Shown here in pieces: positions 1-9,123 of a DNA stretch of 60,648 nucleotides. This DNA comes from Eubacteriales bacterium (GTDB lineage: Bacteria; Bacillota; Clostridia; Oscillospirales; UBA644): NCBI GenBank assembly GCA_045530715.1, contig JAZSCR010000173.1, positions 1 to 60,648 on the forward strand, read 5' to 3'. Position 1 is the first letter of the stretch. Every line of letters begins with the position of its first letter. Made by a program: the position numbers and the translations under genes. The notes beneath the pieces were generated by a model. It was not told where the DNA came from and did no database searches. It was given only the letters and a program-made list of their open reading frames with translations.

Positions 1-27
1 AGGTGAAATCCTTGCTTCGCAAGGGTT

Positions 28-59
28 AAAAGAGGTTTGGCATCAGCCAAACCTCTTTT
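28..59. terminator. Symmetric stem-loop, probably the terminator of a gene lying upstream of the window
   Basis: A 13-nt perfect inverted repeat, aaaagaggtttgg (28-40) and ccaaacctctttt (47-59), with a 6-nt loop. The arms carry A/T runs. Confidence 0.5.
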
Positions 60-95
60 AAAAGCAAAAAAAATCTGCCAATATTATCAGCCCTA

Positions 96-124
96 TTGAT
101 TTTTTATTTAAAGTATGTTATAAT
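96..124 (+). promoter_or_regulatory. Sigma-70/SigA-type promoter for the mre operon
   Basis: TTGATT (96-101), a 17-nt spacer ending in TGt, then TATAAT (119-124). It sits about 100 nt upstream of the mreB ATG. Confidence 0.5.
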
Positions 125-221
125 TAACTGATATAGTATGGGGTAATGTACCCTATATCCATTTTGACCCACACAACACATAATAAAAACACCATTTCAC
201 ATTACATTTTGAGGAAGAATT

Positions 222-1217
222 ATGAACGATTACGGCGTTGACCTTGGAACTGTAAATACCCTTATTTATAAGAAAAATAAGGGAGTACTTATAAACGAGC
301 CCTCCATTCTGGCGGTGGATACTCTTAACAGTAAGACCATTGCCGTAGGCAGAGAAGCCAAGTCCATGCTTGGCAGAGTGCCCAATACCATATCCGTGGA
401 CTATACCATACAGGACGGCGTTATATCCAGCTACGAAAAGGCATCTACCATGCTCCGCACCTATATGAAGCGGATATCTCAGACCACCTTTGGTGGAACT
501 AGAATGATGATGTCCATACCCTGCCGCGCTACGGCGGTGGAGAGAAGGGCTGTTGAGGACGTGGCCTACGCTACCCACGCAAAGAAGGTATTCCTCATAG
601 AGGAACCTCTTGCTGCGGCTATCGGCGCAGGACTGCCCATATTCGAGCCCAAAGGCCATATGGTGGTTGACCTTGGCGGCGGTACTACTGAGATTGCCGT
701 AATATCCATGGGCGGCGTTGTTGCATACAACTCCCTGAGCCATGCGGGTAATTCCTTTGACAGAGAAATAATAAACCTTATAAAGCGCGATCATAACGTT
801 CTTATAGGCGAACCTACGGCAGAACAGCTTAAAATAAAGCTTGCAAATATTGAGGAATACAGCACGATGGACTTCATGACCGTCAGCGGACGCGACCTCA
901 CAAGGGGACTCCCCGTAAATATTGCCGTGTCTTCCGATGACGTGAAAGATGCCATAATACCCTCCGTACACAGTATAATAGACGGTATAAAATATACCCT
1001 TGAGCATATCGACCCTGAGCTGTCGGCAGACATTATAGCCAACGGTATAGTGCTTACCGGCGGTACTGCTCTTATTAAGGGTTGGCCCGAAATAATATAC
1101 AACACAATCGGCGTTAACGTTGAGGTCGCTCCCCTTCCCATGGAGTGCGTTGCTATGGGTGCAGGCTCTGCTCTTGATATGCTTGACGAGCTCAAAAAGT
1201 ATAACTCCCTCGTATAA
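222..1217 (+). CDS. mreB: Rod shape-determining actin-like protein MreB
   Basis: The 331-aa ORF has N-terminal GVDLGTVNT and later DLGGGTTE actin-fold phosphate motifs. mreC and mreD follow it. Confidence 0.9.
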   Translation: MNDYGVDLGTVNTLIYKKNKGVLINEPSILAVDTLNSKTIAVGREAKSMLGRVPNTISVDYTIQDGVISSYEKASTMLRTYMKRISQTTFGGTRMMMSIPCRATAVERRAVEDVAYATHAKKVFLIEEPLAAAIGAGLPIFEPKGHMVVDLGGGTTEIAVISMGGVVAYNSLSHAGNSFDREIINLIKRDHNVLIGEPTAEQLKIKLANIEEYSTMDFMTVSGRDLTRGLPVNIAVSSDDVKDAIIPSVHSIIDGIKYTLEHIDPELSADIIANGIVLTGGTALIKGWPEIIYNTIGVNVEVAPLPMECVAMGAGSALDMLDELKKYNSLV

Positions 1218-1254
1218 ATCTTGTTAATAAGTTTCGGAAAGGACGGAAATCGGT

Positions 1255-2100
1255 ATGAGAAGATTCTTTGGCAGCAGATTTTTTGTAATCATGCTCATTA
1301 TCGTGCTGTTTCTTTGCGGATTTATGATAAATATGATAGCTGACGGCGGTTCCACCCCTCCCAAGACTCTGGTAGGGCTGGTGATAACCCCCGTACAGAC
1401 CTTCTTTAAGAATATTTCGGATGGGGTAGAGGACTTCTTTAATACCTTTTCAGAGTACGACAGCCTCAAAGAGGAAAATGAAAGACTCAAATCGCAGGTG
1501 AAAGAGCTTGAGGACGAGCTTAACGAATCCTCAGTTTACGCCATAGAAAATCAGAAACTGAAGGACCTCTTGGGACTTAAGGAAATACATCCCGATTACG
1601 AGTACGTTTATGCCGATATAGTGTCAATCAGCACGGGCGGATTTGTTTCTAAGTTCCAGATAAATAAGGGCTCCACTTCGGGAATAAAGAAGAAAGACAT
1701 AGTAATCACCTCCGAAGGACTGGTTGGGTACGTATCCTCCGTAAGCCCCTATTGTGCGGACGTGACCACCATCCTTAATACCAACGTTTCCGTAGGCGCC
1801 AAAATCACCCGCACGGGAGATATGGCAATGACCGAAGGCTCTCTCGAACAGATGGCTAAAGGCAATCTGACTCTTGTATATATCCCTAAAAACTCCAACA
1901 TAACCAGAGGCGACGCGGTGTATACCTCCGGTCTCAACGGAACCTATCCCGCAGACATCAGGATAGGCAAGATAATTGATATAGAGATAGAAGATAACGG
2001 ACTCTCCCAATACGCTGTAGTGGAAGCGGCGGTGGATTTTTCCGAGCTTAAGAGCGTGTACGTTATAACGAACCGTTCCGATGAGGTCGAAAATGACTAA
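1255..2100 (+). CDS. mreC: Rod shape-determining protein MreC
   Basis: The 281-aa ORF has an N-terminal TM helix, a coiled-coil segment (LKEENERLKSQVKELEDEL) and a beta-rich C-terminus. Its position between mreB and mreD supports the call. Confidence 0.85.
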   Translation: MRRFFGSRFFVIMLIIVLFLCGFMINMIADGGSTPPKTLVGLVITPVQTFFKNISDGVEDFFNTFSEYDSLKEENERLKSQVKELEDELNESSVYAIENQKLKDLLGLKEIHPDYEYVYADIVSISTGGFVSKFQINKGSTSGIKKKDIVITSEGLVGYVSSVSPYCADVTTILNTNVSVGAKITRTGDMAMTEGSLEQMAKGNLTLVYIPKNSNITRGDAVYTSGLNGTYPADIRIGKIIDIEIEDNGLSQYAVVEAAVDFSELKSVYVITNRSDEVEND

Positions 2101-2617
2101 AAAATACTTTGTTTATCCTGTTTTTCTTGTAGTTTTTTATATACTGCAGTACGTTGCGGTACCTCTTTCCTATAGCGGCGTTGCCCCTGATCTCATACTG
2201 ATTCTTGTGGTGGTTGCCGGAATAAGGGAGAGTGAAAAGTTTGCCGCAGTGTTGGGACTTATAGGAGGCTTGCTTGCCGATTATACCTCAGGCGTTGCTT
2301 TTGGGCTTCGCGGAATTATCTTTATGCTTATGGGATATTTTCTCGCAATACTGGCCTCGGAGGCACTTTCTCCCAACATTCTCTCCGCTACAGTATCGGG
2401 AATAGCGGCGTATATTTTGACCCGACTGCTTTATTGGGGAGAATATCTTGTTGTAATGGGCGGGTTTTCCGTTAAGGAGATGTTCCTGTCGGTAACCCTG
2501 CCGGAGATTATACTCACACTTCCCTTTATACCTCTTGTTTATGCCCTTGTGGCTTTGCTGACTGGAAAAAGAAGTTCTGATGACTCCCGCGCAAGACGAT
2601 CTCGCAGAGCTATATAG
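2093..2617 (+). CDS. mreD: Rod shape-determining protein MreD, a polytopic membrane protein
   Basis: Small, very hydrophobic ORF directly after mreC. I prefer the ATG at 2093 (GAGG 5 nt upstream, overlapping the mreC stop) over the ORF-track start at 2081. Confidence 0.7.
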   Translation: MTKKYFVYPVFLVVFYILQYVAVPLSYSGVAPDLILILVVVAGIRESEKFAAVLGLIGGLLADYTSGVAFGLRGIIFMLMGYFLAILASEALSPNILSATVSGIAAYILTRLLYWGEYLVVMGGFSVKEMFLSVTLPEIILTLPFIPLVYALVALLTGKRSSDDSRARRSRRAI

Positions 2618-2652
2618 GCGGGAGTTACCCTAACGGTTACATGGAGATTAAA

Positions 2653-4683
2653 ATGATAGAAAAAAAGATGCGAGTGGCGATCATAAGCATTATCTTTGCC
2701 GCCATATTCGGGATATTTGTTTTAAGACTAATAAATCTCCAGCTTGTAAACGGAGAGGAGTATCTTAAACAATCTCAATCAAGTGTTGTCAGAAAGGTAT
2801 CCGTTACCGCTCCGAGAGGGGAGATACTTGACAGAAATTTTCTTCCTATAGTTACCAACAAGTCCGCTTTTGCGGTAAATATAAATACCACCCTTTCTGA
2901 AGATCTTAACAAGGAGATTCTCACTCTCATAAACATCTTCGAAGCCTGCAAGCAGGAATATATTGATACTTTCCCCATATCGGAGGCCAAGCCTTACGTC
3001 TTTGACAGCGATATGTTCGGAAGCGAAAATGCGAAAAAGAGCTTTGACACCTATCTGAAAAGGGCAAAGGTATCCACCGCAGACACTGCCGACGAAGTAA
3101 TGGCCGCACTGGTAAAATACTATAAGCTTGGTAATTACTCCGAAGAAGAGGCAAGAAAGATAATCGCCGTAAGGTATGAAATATACCTGAGAGCGGAGAG
3201 CTTTCAGTTTACCTTTGCGGAGGATATAAACCTCAGAACGGCCACGGTTGTAAGAGAAAACAGCCAGGAACTGCCCGGTGTATACCTTGAAGAGATTCCC
3301 GTAAGATATTATACAGAAGAGTATTTCGCCTCCCACATAATCGGTTACGTGGGTAAGATATTCGCCGAGGAGTACCCCACCTATAAGGAACTTGGGTATG
3401 GTATGAACGATATCGTAGGTAAGGAAGGTATCGAAAGGGTTTACGAGAGTTATCTCAAGGGTATTGACGGTTACAGATATACCGTTACCGATCTTTCCGG
3501 AGCTACGGTTGATGTGGTCGAAAATATTGACCCCAAAATAGGCAACGACGTGGTTCTTACCATTGATACCAATATGCAAAAGATCCTTGAAAAGGGGCTG
3601 GCTCACCTTGTGGAAGTTCTGAAGGCTCAAAACGGAGAAGCTGCGGCAAATTCCGCCTCCGGAGTCTTTATGGAAATCTCAACGGGCGAGATTTTGGCTA
3701 TGGCGTCCTATCCTACCTATAATCTTGGAACCTACAACGCCGACTATTCGGAGAACGCTAAAAACCAAGACAAACCCTTCCTTAACAGATCAATAGCAGG
3801 TTTGTTCCCCCTCGGTTCTACTTATAAAATGGTAGCCGCTGTAGCCGGACTCGAAGAGGGGCTTATAAATGCAAAATCCTCCATTACATGTGAGGGAATA
3901 TACGAGTATTACACCGACTATACCCCCGTGTGTTTTAATTCCACTGCTCACGGTAAGGTTACCGTACAGACGGCGCTCAAGCACTCTTGTAACGTGTTTT
4001 TCTACGATACGGGCAGACAGCTTGGTATAGATACCCTTAATTATTACGCAAAGATGCTTGGTTTTGGCCAAAAACTCGGTATTGAGCTTCCCGGCGAAAG
4101 AGCAGGTATTATTGCGGGTAGAGAGTATAGAGAATCAAAAGGACAGACTTGGGCTCCTCAGGAGACCCTTACCGCAGTAATCGGCCAGTCGGATAATTCC
4201 GGTACACCTCTGCAGCTCTGCAACTACGTCGCCACCATAGCAAACGGCGGCAAACTTATGGAAACCCATCTTGTAAAGAGTATAAGAAATAATCAGACCG
4301 GTGAGAGCGTTTATGAGGCCGTTCCTACAGTAATAAGCGACCTTGAGCTTTCCGATTACACCGTCAAGACCATTATCGACGGAATGGTTATGGTTACAGA
4401 GCAAAAGGGTACTGCTTATTCGGGATTTAAGGGTTTTGAAGAGGTTGTTCAGGTTGCTGTAAAGACGGGTACCGCCGAAATGCCCATCGGGCAGCCTACC
4501 GCACTTCTTGTAGGCGTGGCTCCTGCAGATGACCCTGTTATAGCATTTTCAATAGTGGTTGAAAACGGCGGTCTTAACGCCACCACAAGCATAGCGCAGT
4601 GTGTAAAAGACGTGCTGCTCTATTATTTTGAAGATATGGGTGGCAGTGATATTATAAAAAACGAAGGTTTTCTGGTGCCTTAA
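2653..4683 (+). CDS. mrdA: Penicillin-binding protein 2, an elongasome class B transpeptidase
   Basis: N-terminal TM anchor plus the transpeptidase motifs STYK (GSTYKMV), SCN (HSCNVF) and KTG (KTGTAE). The ORF track starts at 2641, but the ATG at 2653 has GGAG 6 nt upstream. Confidence 0.85.
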   Translation: MIEKKMRVAIISIIFAAIFGIFVLRLINLQLVNGEEYLKQSQSSVVRKVSVTAPRGEILDRNFLPIVTNKSAFAVNINTTLSEDLNKEILTLINIFEACKQEYIDTFPISEAKPYVFDSDMFGSENAKKSFDTYLKRAKVSTADTADEVMAALVKYYKLGNYSEEEARKIIAVRYEIYLRAESFQFTFAEDINLRTATVVRENSQELPGVYLEEIPVRYYTEEYFASHIIGYVGKIFAEEYPTYKELGYGMNDIVGKEGIERVYESYLKGIDGYRYTVTDLSGATVDVVENIDPKIGNDVVLTIDTNMQKILEKGLAHLVEVLKAQNGEAAANSASGVFMEISTGEILAMASYPTYNLGTYNADYSENAKNQDKPFLNRSIAGLFPLGSTYKMVAAVAGLEEGLINAKSSITCEGIYEYYTDYTPVCFNSTAHGKVTVQTALKHSCNVFFYDTGRQLGIDTLNYYAKMLGFGQKLGIELPGERAGIIAGREYRESKGQTWAPQETLTAVIGQSDNSGTPLQLCNYVATIANGGKLMETHLVKSIRNNQTGESVYEAVPTVISDLELSDYTVKTIIDGMVMVTEQKGTAYSGFKGFEEVVQVAVKTGTAEMPIGQPTALLVGVAPADDPVIAFSIVVENGGLNATTSIAQCVKDVLLYYFEDMGGSDIIKNEGFLVP

Positions 4684-4758
4684 AATCAAAAACACGGGAA
4701 TAAGCGAAAATCTTTAATTTGTTTTTTTGCCACCGCATGCGGTGAATGGAGAAATTTT

Positions 4759-5505
4759 ATGGGAAAAGTTATATTAATGGCTTCCGGTAAAGGCGGTGTG
4801 GGAAAAACCACCCTTTGCGCCAATATAGCGGCTTGTCTTGCGGGGTTCGGCAAGAAGGTATTACTTCTTGATGCTGATATTCGCTTGAGAAATCTGGATA
4901 TTTGTCTGGGACTTTGCAACGCGGGACTTTTTGATATACAAGACCTTTGTCTTGGAAGATGCGATCACGAAACGGCAGTAGTTGTTCACGAACTTTATCC
5001 CCATCTCCATTTTGTTCCCGGCCCGGGCAGACTCACCGTTTCTCCCGACGATCTTATGGATTTTATTGGTAAATACGCTACCGAGCAGGCCAAGGATTAC
5101 GATTTTGTATTTATTGATTGTCCTTCGGGTATTGAAGACAGTCTGATAAAGATATTCCATCCCGGAGTGTTTATGCTTCTCGTTGCAAATCCCGATGCTG
5201 CTTCCGTAAGAGATGCGGAAAGAACAGCAGAGATAGCTTACGCCAAAAAAGTGGAATCAAGACTGATCGTAAACAGGATCCGGCCCGCCCTTATGAAGAA
5301 GGGACAGGCCCCCGACGTGGATGATATAATAGACAACTCCTGTGTTCGCCTCATAGGTATAGTGCCCGAGGATATACGCATAACAGTTAACGCTCCAAAC
5401 GGCGTTCTTCTTCGTCAGCTCCGCAAGGCAAGAAGCCTGAGGGCCGTGGAAAATATAGCAATGCGTCTTTGCGGCGAACAAGTACCCCTTTACATATTTA
5501 AATAG
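4759..5505 (+). CDS. MinD/ParA-family ATPase, MinD-like but without the C-terminal membrane-targeting helix
   Basis: It has the deviant Walker A SGKGGVGKTT, DADIRLRNLD and IDCPSGIE, and is collinear with MinD as far as GEQVPLYIFK, where it stops. GGAG RBS 8 nt upstream. Confidence 0.8.
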   Translation: MGKVILMASGKGGVGKTTLCANIAACLAGFGKKVLLLDADIRLRNLDICLGLCNAGLFDIQDLCLGRCDHETAVVVHELYPHLHFVPGPGRLTVSPDDLMDFIGKYATEQAKDYDFVFIDCPSGIEDSLIKIFHPGVFMLLVANPDAASVRDAERTAEIAYAKKVESRLIVNRIRPALMKKGQAPDVDDIIDNSCVRLIGIVPEDIRITVNAPNGVLLRQLRKARSLRAVENIAMRLCGEQVPLYIFK

Positions 5506-5525
5506 GACAGAAAGGAAAGAAAGGT

Positions 5526-5945
5526 ATGAATATAGCAATTATTGCTCACGACCAAAAAAAAGAGCTTTTGGTACAGTTTTGTATGGTTAACTGTGCCACC
5601 CTGTCAAAGCATTCCCTCCTGTCCACAGCTACTACAGGTAAGTTTGTTTCGGGACTTACGGGATTAAAATTTGAACTGTTTTTAAGCGGAAACAGCGGCG
5701 GTATGGAGCAGATAGGCTCAAAGATCGCTTATAACGAGGTGGACTTGCTTCTGTTCTTCCGCGACCCCACCATTATAAACGATCCCGAGGGCATAGGACT
5801 TTTAAGACTGTGCGATATGCACAACGTTCCCGTTGCCACCAATATAACCACAGCGGAGATAATGATGAAGGCTTTGGAAACCAAAGCTATAAAGAGCCGC
5901 GCAAACTCTGCTCCCTATGAAAATCCCGAGCTTGAAAGACTGTAA
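5526..5945 (+). CDS. Methylglyoxal synthase-like (MGS-like) protein, possibly non-catalytic
   Basis: The 139-aa ORF is collinear with MgsA (IAIIAHDQKK, TATTG, VPVATN). The GGDQQ Asp and the PHDPD His appear to be replaced (GGMEQ, INDPE). Confidence 0.75.
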   Translation: MNIAIIAHDQKKELLVQFCMVNCATLSKHSLLSTATTGKFVSGLTGLKFELFLSGNSGGMEQIGSKIAYNEVDLLLFFRDPTIINDPEGIGLLRLCDMHNVPVATNITTAEIMMKALETKAIKSRANSAPYENPELERL

Positions 5946-5984
5946 AACACAACTTATATATTAACTAACGAAAGGTTGAATATT

Positions 5985-7232
5985 ATGCCTGAGATAAAGG
6001 CGCCGAGAGGTACAGTTGACGTCCTCTCTGACCAGAGCTACAAATGGCAGTACGTTGAAAAGGTTGCAGCCGCCACTGCCATGAAATTCGGTTGCAGGGA
6101 AGTAAGATTTCCCACTTTTGAAGACACCAATCTCTTCCAGAGAGGCGTTGGTGATACTACCGACATCGTTCAGAAGGAAATGTATACCTTTGAGGATAAG
6201 GGCGGACGTTCCGTAACCCTTCGCCCCGAGGGTACTGCCAGTGTGGTAAGACAGTGCTCCGAACACGGACTTTTTGGCGGTCTTATGCCCCTTAAGCTGT
6301 TTTATTTCATTTCCGCATTCAGATATGAAAAGCCTCAGGCAGGCAGATTCCGTGAGTTCCACCAGTTTGGTGTTGAGGTTTTCGGACCTTCCGACCCCAA
6401 TGCGGACGTTGAGATTATTACTCTTGCAGATTCTTTCCTTAAAGAGCTTGGAATTAAGGCTAATCTCTACGTTAACTCCATAGGCTGTCCCACCTGCAGA
6501 AAGAGATATCAGGAAGCGCTGAAGGAATATTTTGAGTCCAAAAAGGATGACCTTTGTGAAACCTGCAAGGGACGTCTTGAAAGAAATCCCATGAGAATTC
6601 TGGACTGCAAGAGTCCCGTTTGTCAGGGAATAGGCGAAAATGCTCCTCTTATTACCGACTTCCTTTGCGAAGAGTGTGAGGCTCATTATAACGTGCTTCA
6701 GAAAGAGCTTACCGCCGGCGGAATATCCTTTACAAAGGATCCCCGTATAGTAAGAGGTCTTGACTATTATACAAAGACCGTATTTGAGTTTAAGGATCCC
6801 GTTAACGGTCTTGCGATCCTCGCAGGCGGCCGTTACGACGGCCTTGTTAAGGAAATAGACGGTAAGGCAAACGTTTGCGGACTTGGATTTGCTTCGGGTA
6901 TGGAAAGACTTGTTTCCACTATGGAAAGAGAAGGTCTCTCCTTTGGTGAAGAACCCCGCCCCAAGGCCTTTATCGCATCTATCGGCGAAAAGGGTGCCGC
7001 AGAAGCAAGACGCATTGTTTACTCTCTCCGTAAAAACGGCGTATTTGCCGAGTTTGATATAATGGGACGTTCCCTAAAAGCCCAGATGAAGTACGCCGAT
7101 AAAATAGGCGCAGTTTATACGGCCGTTCTCGGTGATAACGAGGTTGATAACGGTAAGACCGTTCTTAAAAACATGACCACAGGTGAGCAGTCCGAGATCA
7201 CTCTCACAGATCTTGCTCAAGGCAATTTTTAA
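5985..7232 (+). CDS. hisS: Histidine--tRNA ligase
   Basis: Class II aaRS motifs are present (RPEGTASVVR, FRYEKPQAGRFREFHQ, GGGRYDGL-like AGGRYDGL). I prefer the ATG at 5985 (AAAGG 9 nt upstream) over the TTG at 5976. Confidence 0.92.
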   Translation: MPEIKAPRGTVDVLSDQSYKWQYVEKVAAATAMKFGCREVRFPTFEDTNLFQRGVGDTTDIVQKEMYTFEDKGGRSVTLRPEGTASVVRQCSEHGLFGGLMPLKLFYFISAFRYEKPQAGRFREFHQFGVEVFGPSDPNADVEIITLADSFLKELGIKANLYVNSIGCPTCRKRYQEALKEYFESKKDDLCETCKGRLERNPMRILDCKSPVCQGIGENAPLITDFLCEECEAHYNVLQKELTAGGISFTKDPRIVRGLDYYTKTVFEFKDPVNGLAILAGGRYDGLVKEIDGKANVCGLGFASGMERLVSTMEREGLSFGEEPRPKAFIASIGEKGAAEARRIVYSLRKNGVFAEFDIMGRSLKAQMKYADKIGAVYTAVLGDNEVDNGKTVLKNMTTGEQSEITLTDLAQGNF

Positions 7233-7303
7233 TACCAAGTTATCGGCAAAAAAACAATATTTTGATACTAATATAAATTAAAATGAAAGAAAAGGTTATT
7301 GAT

Positions 7304-9097
7304 ATGGCAGAATTTTTGACCGCAGAAGACAAAAGATCTTGTTATTGCGCAGAAATAAGCGAATCCGATATAGGCAAAGAAATTTGCGTTATGGGTTGGG
7401 TTCAAAGACAGAGAGACCTTGGCGCCCTCATATTTATAGATCTTCGCGACCGTACAGGTATAGTACAGCTGGCATTTGACGGCGATACCGACAAAGAGGT
7501 TTTTGAAAAGGCCTTTTCCTGCAGAGCAGAGTACGTTCTTGCAGTTCACGGTACCGTACGCCCCAGAGGCGAGGCTGCAATTAACCCCAATATCCCCACC
7601 GGCAAGGTCGAGATATACGTTAAGAGTATGAAGATCCTTTCCGCTGCCCAGACCCCTCCCTTTGAAGTAAACGATGCAAAAAGAGTTAAGGATGAAACCG
7701 CTCTTAAATACCGTTACGTGGACCTTCGCCGTCCCGAGCTTCAGAGAAATATAAAGATGCGTCACGATATTGCACGTGTTGCACGTCAGTATTATTACGA
7801 GAACGGATTTTACGAGATTGAAACTCCCATGATGATAAAGGCTACCCCCGAAGGTGCCCGCGACTATCTCGTTCCCTCCAGAATACACAAGGGCAGCTTC
7901 TACGCCCTTCCCCAGTCTCCCCAGATATACAAGCAGCTTTTGATGCTTTCGGGCTTTGACCGTTATATCCAGCTTGCCCGTTGCTTCCGCGACGAGGACC
8001 TTCGTGCTGACCGTCAGCCTGAATTTACCCAGATAGACCTTGAGATGTCCTTCGCTACTCAGGAGGATATTATGGCTATGAACGAGGGCTTTATCAAGAG
8101 AGTTTTCAAGGAAGTCCTTGACGTTGATATTCCTACCCCCATGCAGAGACTTACTTTCGCCGAGGCTATGGAAAGATACGGCTCCGACAAGCCTGATACC
8201 CGTTTCGGTATGGAAATAACCGACCTTTCCGAAACTGTTAAAAATAGCCAGTTCGTAGTATTCAAGTCCGCTATTGAAAACGGCGGAAGCGTAAGAGCAA
8301 TTCTTGCAAAGAATGCGGCTTCTATCCTCACAAGAAAAGAAATAGATAAGCTTACCGAACATGCCAAGGGTATTGGCGCAAAGGGCCTTGCCTACGTTCG
8401 TTGGGCTGACGAAGCTCCCAACTGCTCCTTTGCTAAATTCATGACTCCCGAAGAGCTTGAGGCTATCTATGCAGTAACCGGCTTTGAAAAGGGAGACGTT
8501 CTTCTTATCTGCGCTGATAAGGATAAGGTTGTTCTCCCCACCCTTGGTGCTCTCCGTACCATACTTGGAAAGAAGCTTGAGCTTGTTGACCCCAATAAAT
8601 TCAACTTCCTCTGGATTACCGAGTTCCCCTTCTTCGAATGGAACGAAGATACCCAGCATTGGGATGCTATGCATCATCCCTTTACCATGCCCCTTGAAGA
8701 GTGTCTGCCCTATCTTGAAAGTGACCCCGGTCAGGTAAGAGCAAAGTGCTACGATATGGTACTTAACGGTACCGAGCTTCTTTCAGGCTCTATCCGTATT
8801 ACCGATTGGCAGCTTCAGGAAAAGATGTTCAAGGCTCTCGGCCTGACTCCCGAAGAGATTCAGACCAAGTTCGGATTCCTTGTTGATGCGTATAAGTACG
8901 GTGCTCCTCCTCACGGCGGTTCCGGTATGGGACTTGACCGTTTGGCTATGGTAATGACGGGGGCAGACAGCCTTCGCGACGTTGTGGCCTTCCCCAAGGT
9001 ACAGAATGCATCCGAGCTTATGTCCAGCTGTCCTGCAAAGGTTGACGAAAAGCAGCTCAGCGAGCTCCATATTAAGTTAGATATAAAAGAAGACTAA
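7304..9097 (+). CDS. aspS: Aspartate--tRNA ligase
   Basis: LPQSPQIYKQLLM, FRDEDLRADRQPEFTQID and a C-terminal GGSGMGLDRL motif. The ORF opens at 7283, but the ATG at 7304 has the better RBS. Confidence 0.92.
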   Translation: MAEFLTAEDKRSCYCAEISESDIGKEICVMGWVQRQRDLGALIFIDLRDRTGIVQLAFDGDTDKEVFEKAFSCRAEYVLAVHGTVRPRGEAAINPNIPTGKVEIYVKSMKILSAAQTPPFEVNDAKRVKDETALKYRYVDLRRPELQRNIKMRHDIARVARQYYYENGFYEIETPMMIKATPEGARDYLVPSRIHKGSFYALPQSPQIYKQLLMLSGFDRYIQLARCFRDEDLRADRQPEFTQIDLEMSFATQEDIMAMNEGFIKRVFKEVLDVDIPTPMQRLTFAEAMERYGSDKPDTRFGMEITDLSETVKNSQFVVFKSAIENGGSVRAILAKNAASILTRKEIDKLTEHAKGIGAKGLAYVRWADEAPNCSFAKFMTPEELEAIYAVTGFEKGDVLLICADKDKVVLPTLGALRTILGKKLELVDPNKFNFLWITEFPFFEWNEDTQHWDAMHHPFTMPLEECLPYLESDPGQVRAKCYDMVLNGTELLSGSIRITDWQLQEKMFKALGLTPEEIQTKFGFLVDAYKYGAPPHGGSGMGLDRLAMVMTGADSLRDVVAFPKVQNASELMSSCPAKVDEKQLSELHIKLDIKED

Positions 9098-9123
9098 TAT
9101 ATACTCCATGAGGTAAAATTACT

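Noticed and set aside
1-27. A short hairpin at the window edge (ccttgc-ttc-gcaagg), preceded by aggtgaaatcc. It might be the 3' end of a tRNA, tmRNA or other ncRNA.
   Set aside because: It has no CCA end and no acceptor-stem complement. The T-loop-like string does not fit the GGTTCRAATCC consensus. Too little sequence lies inside the window to assign it.
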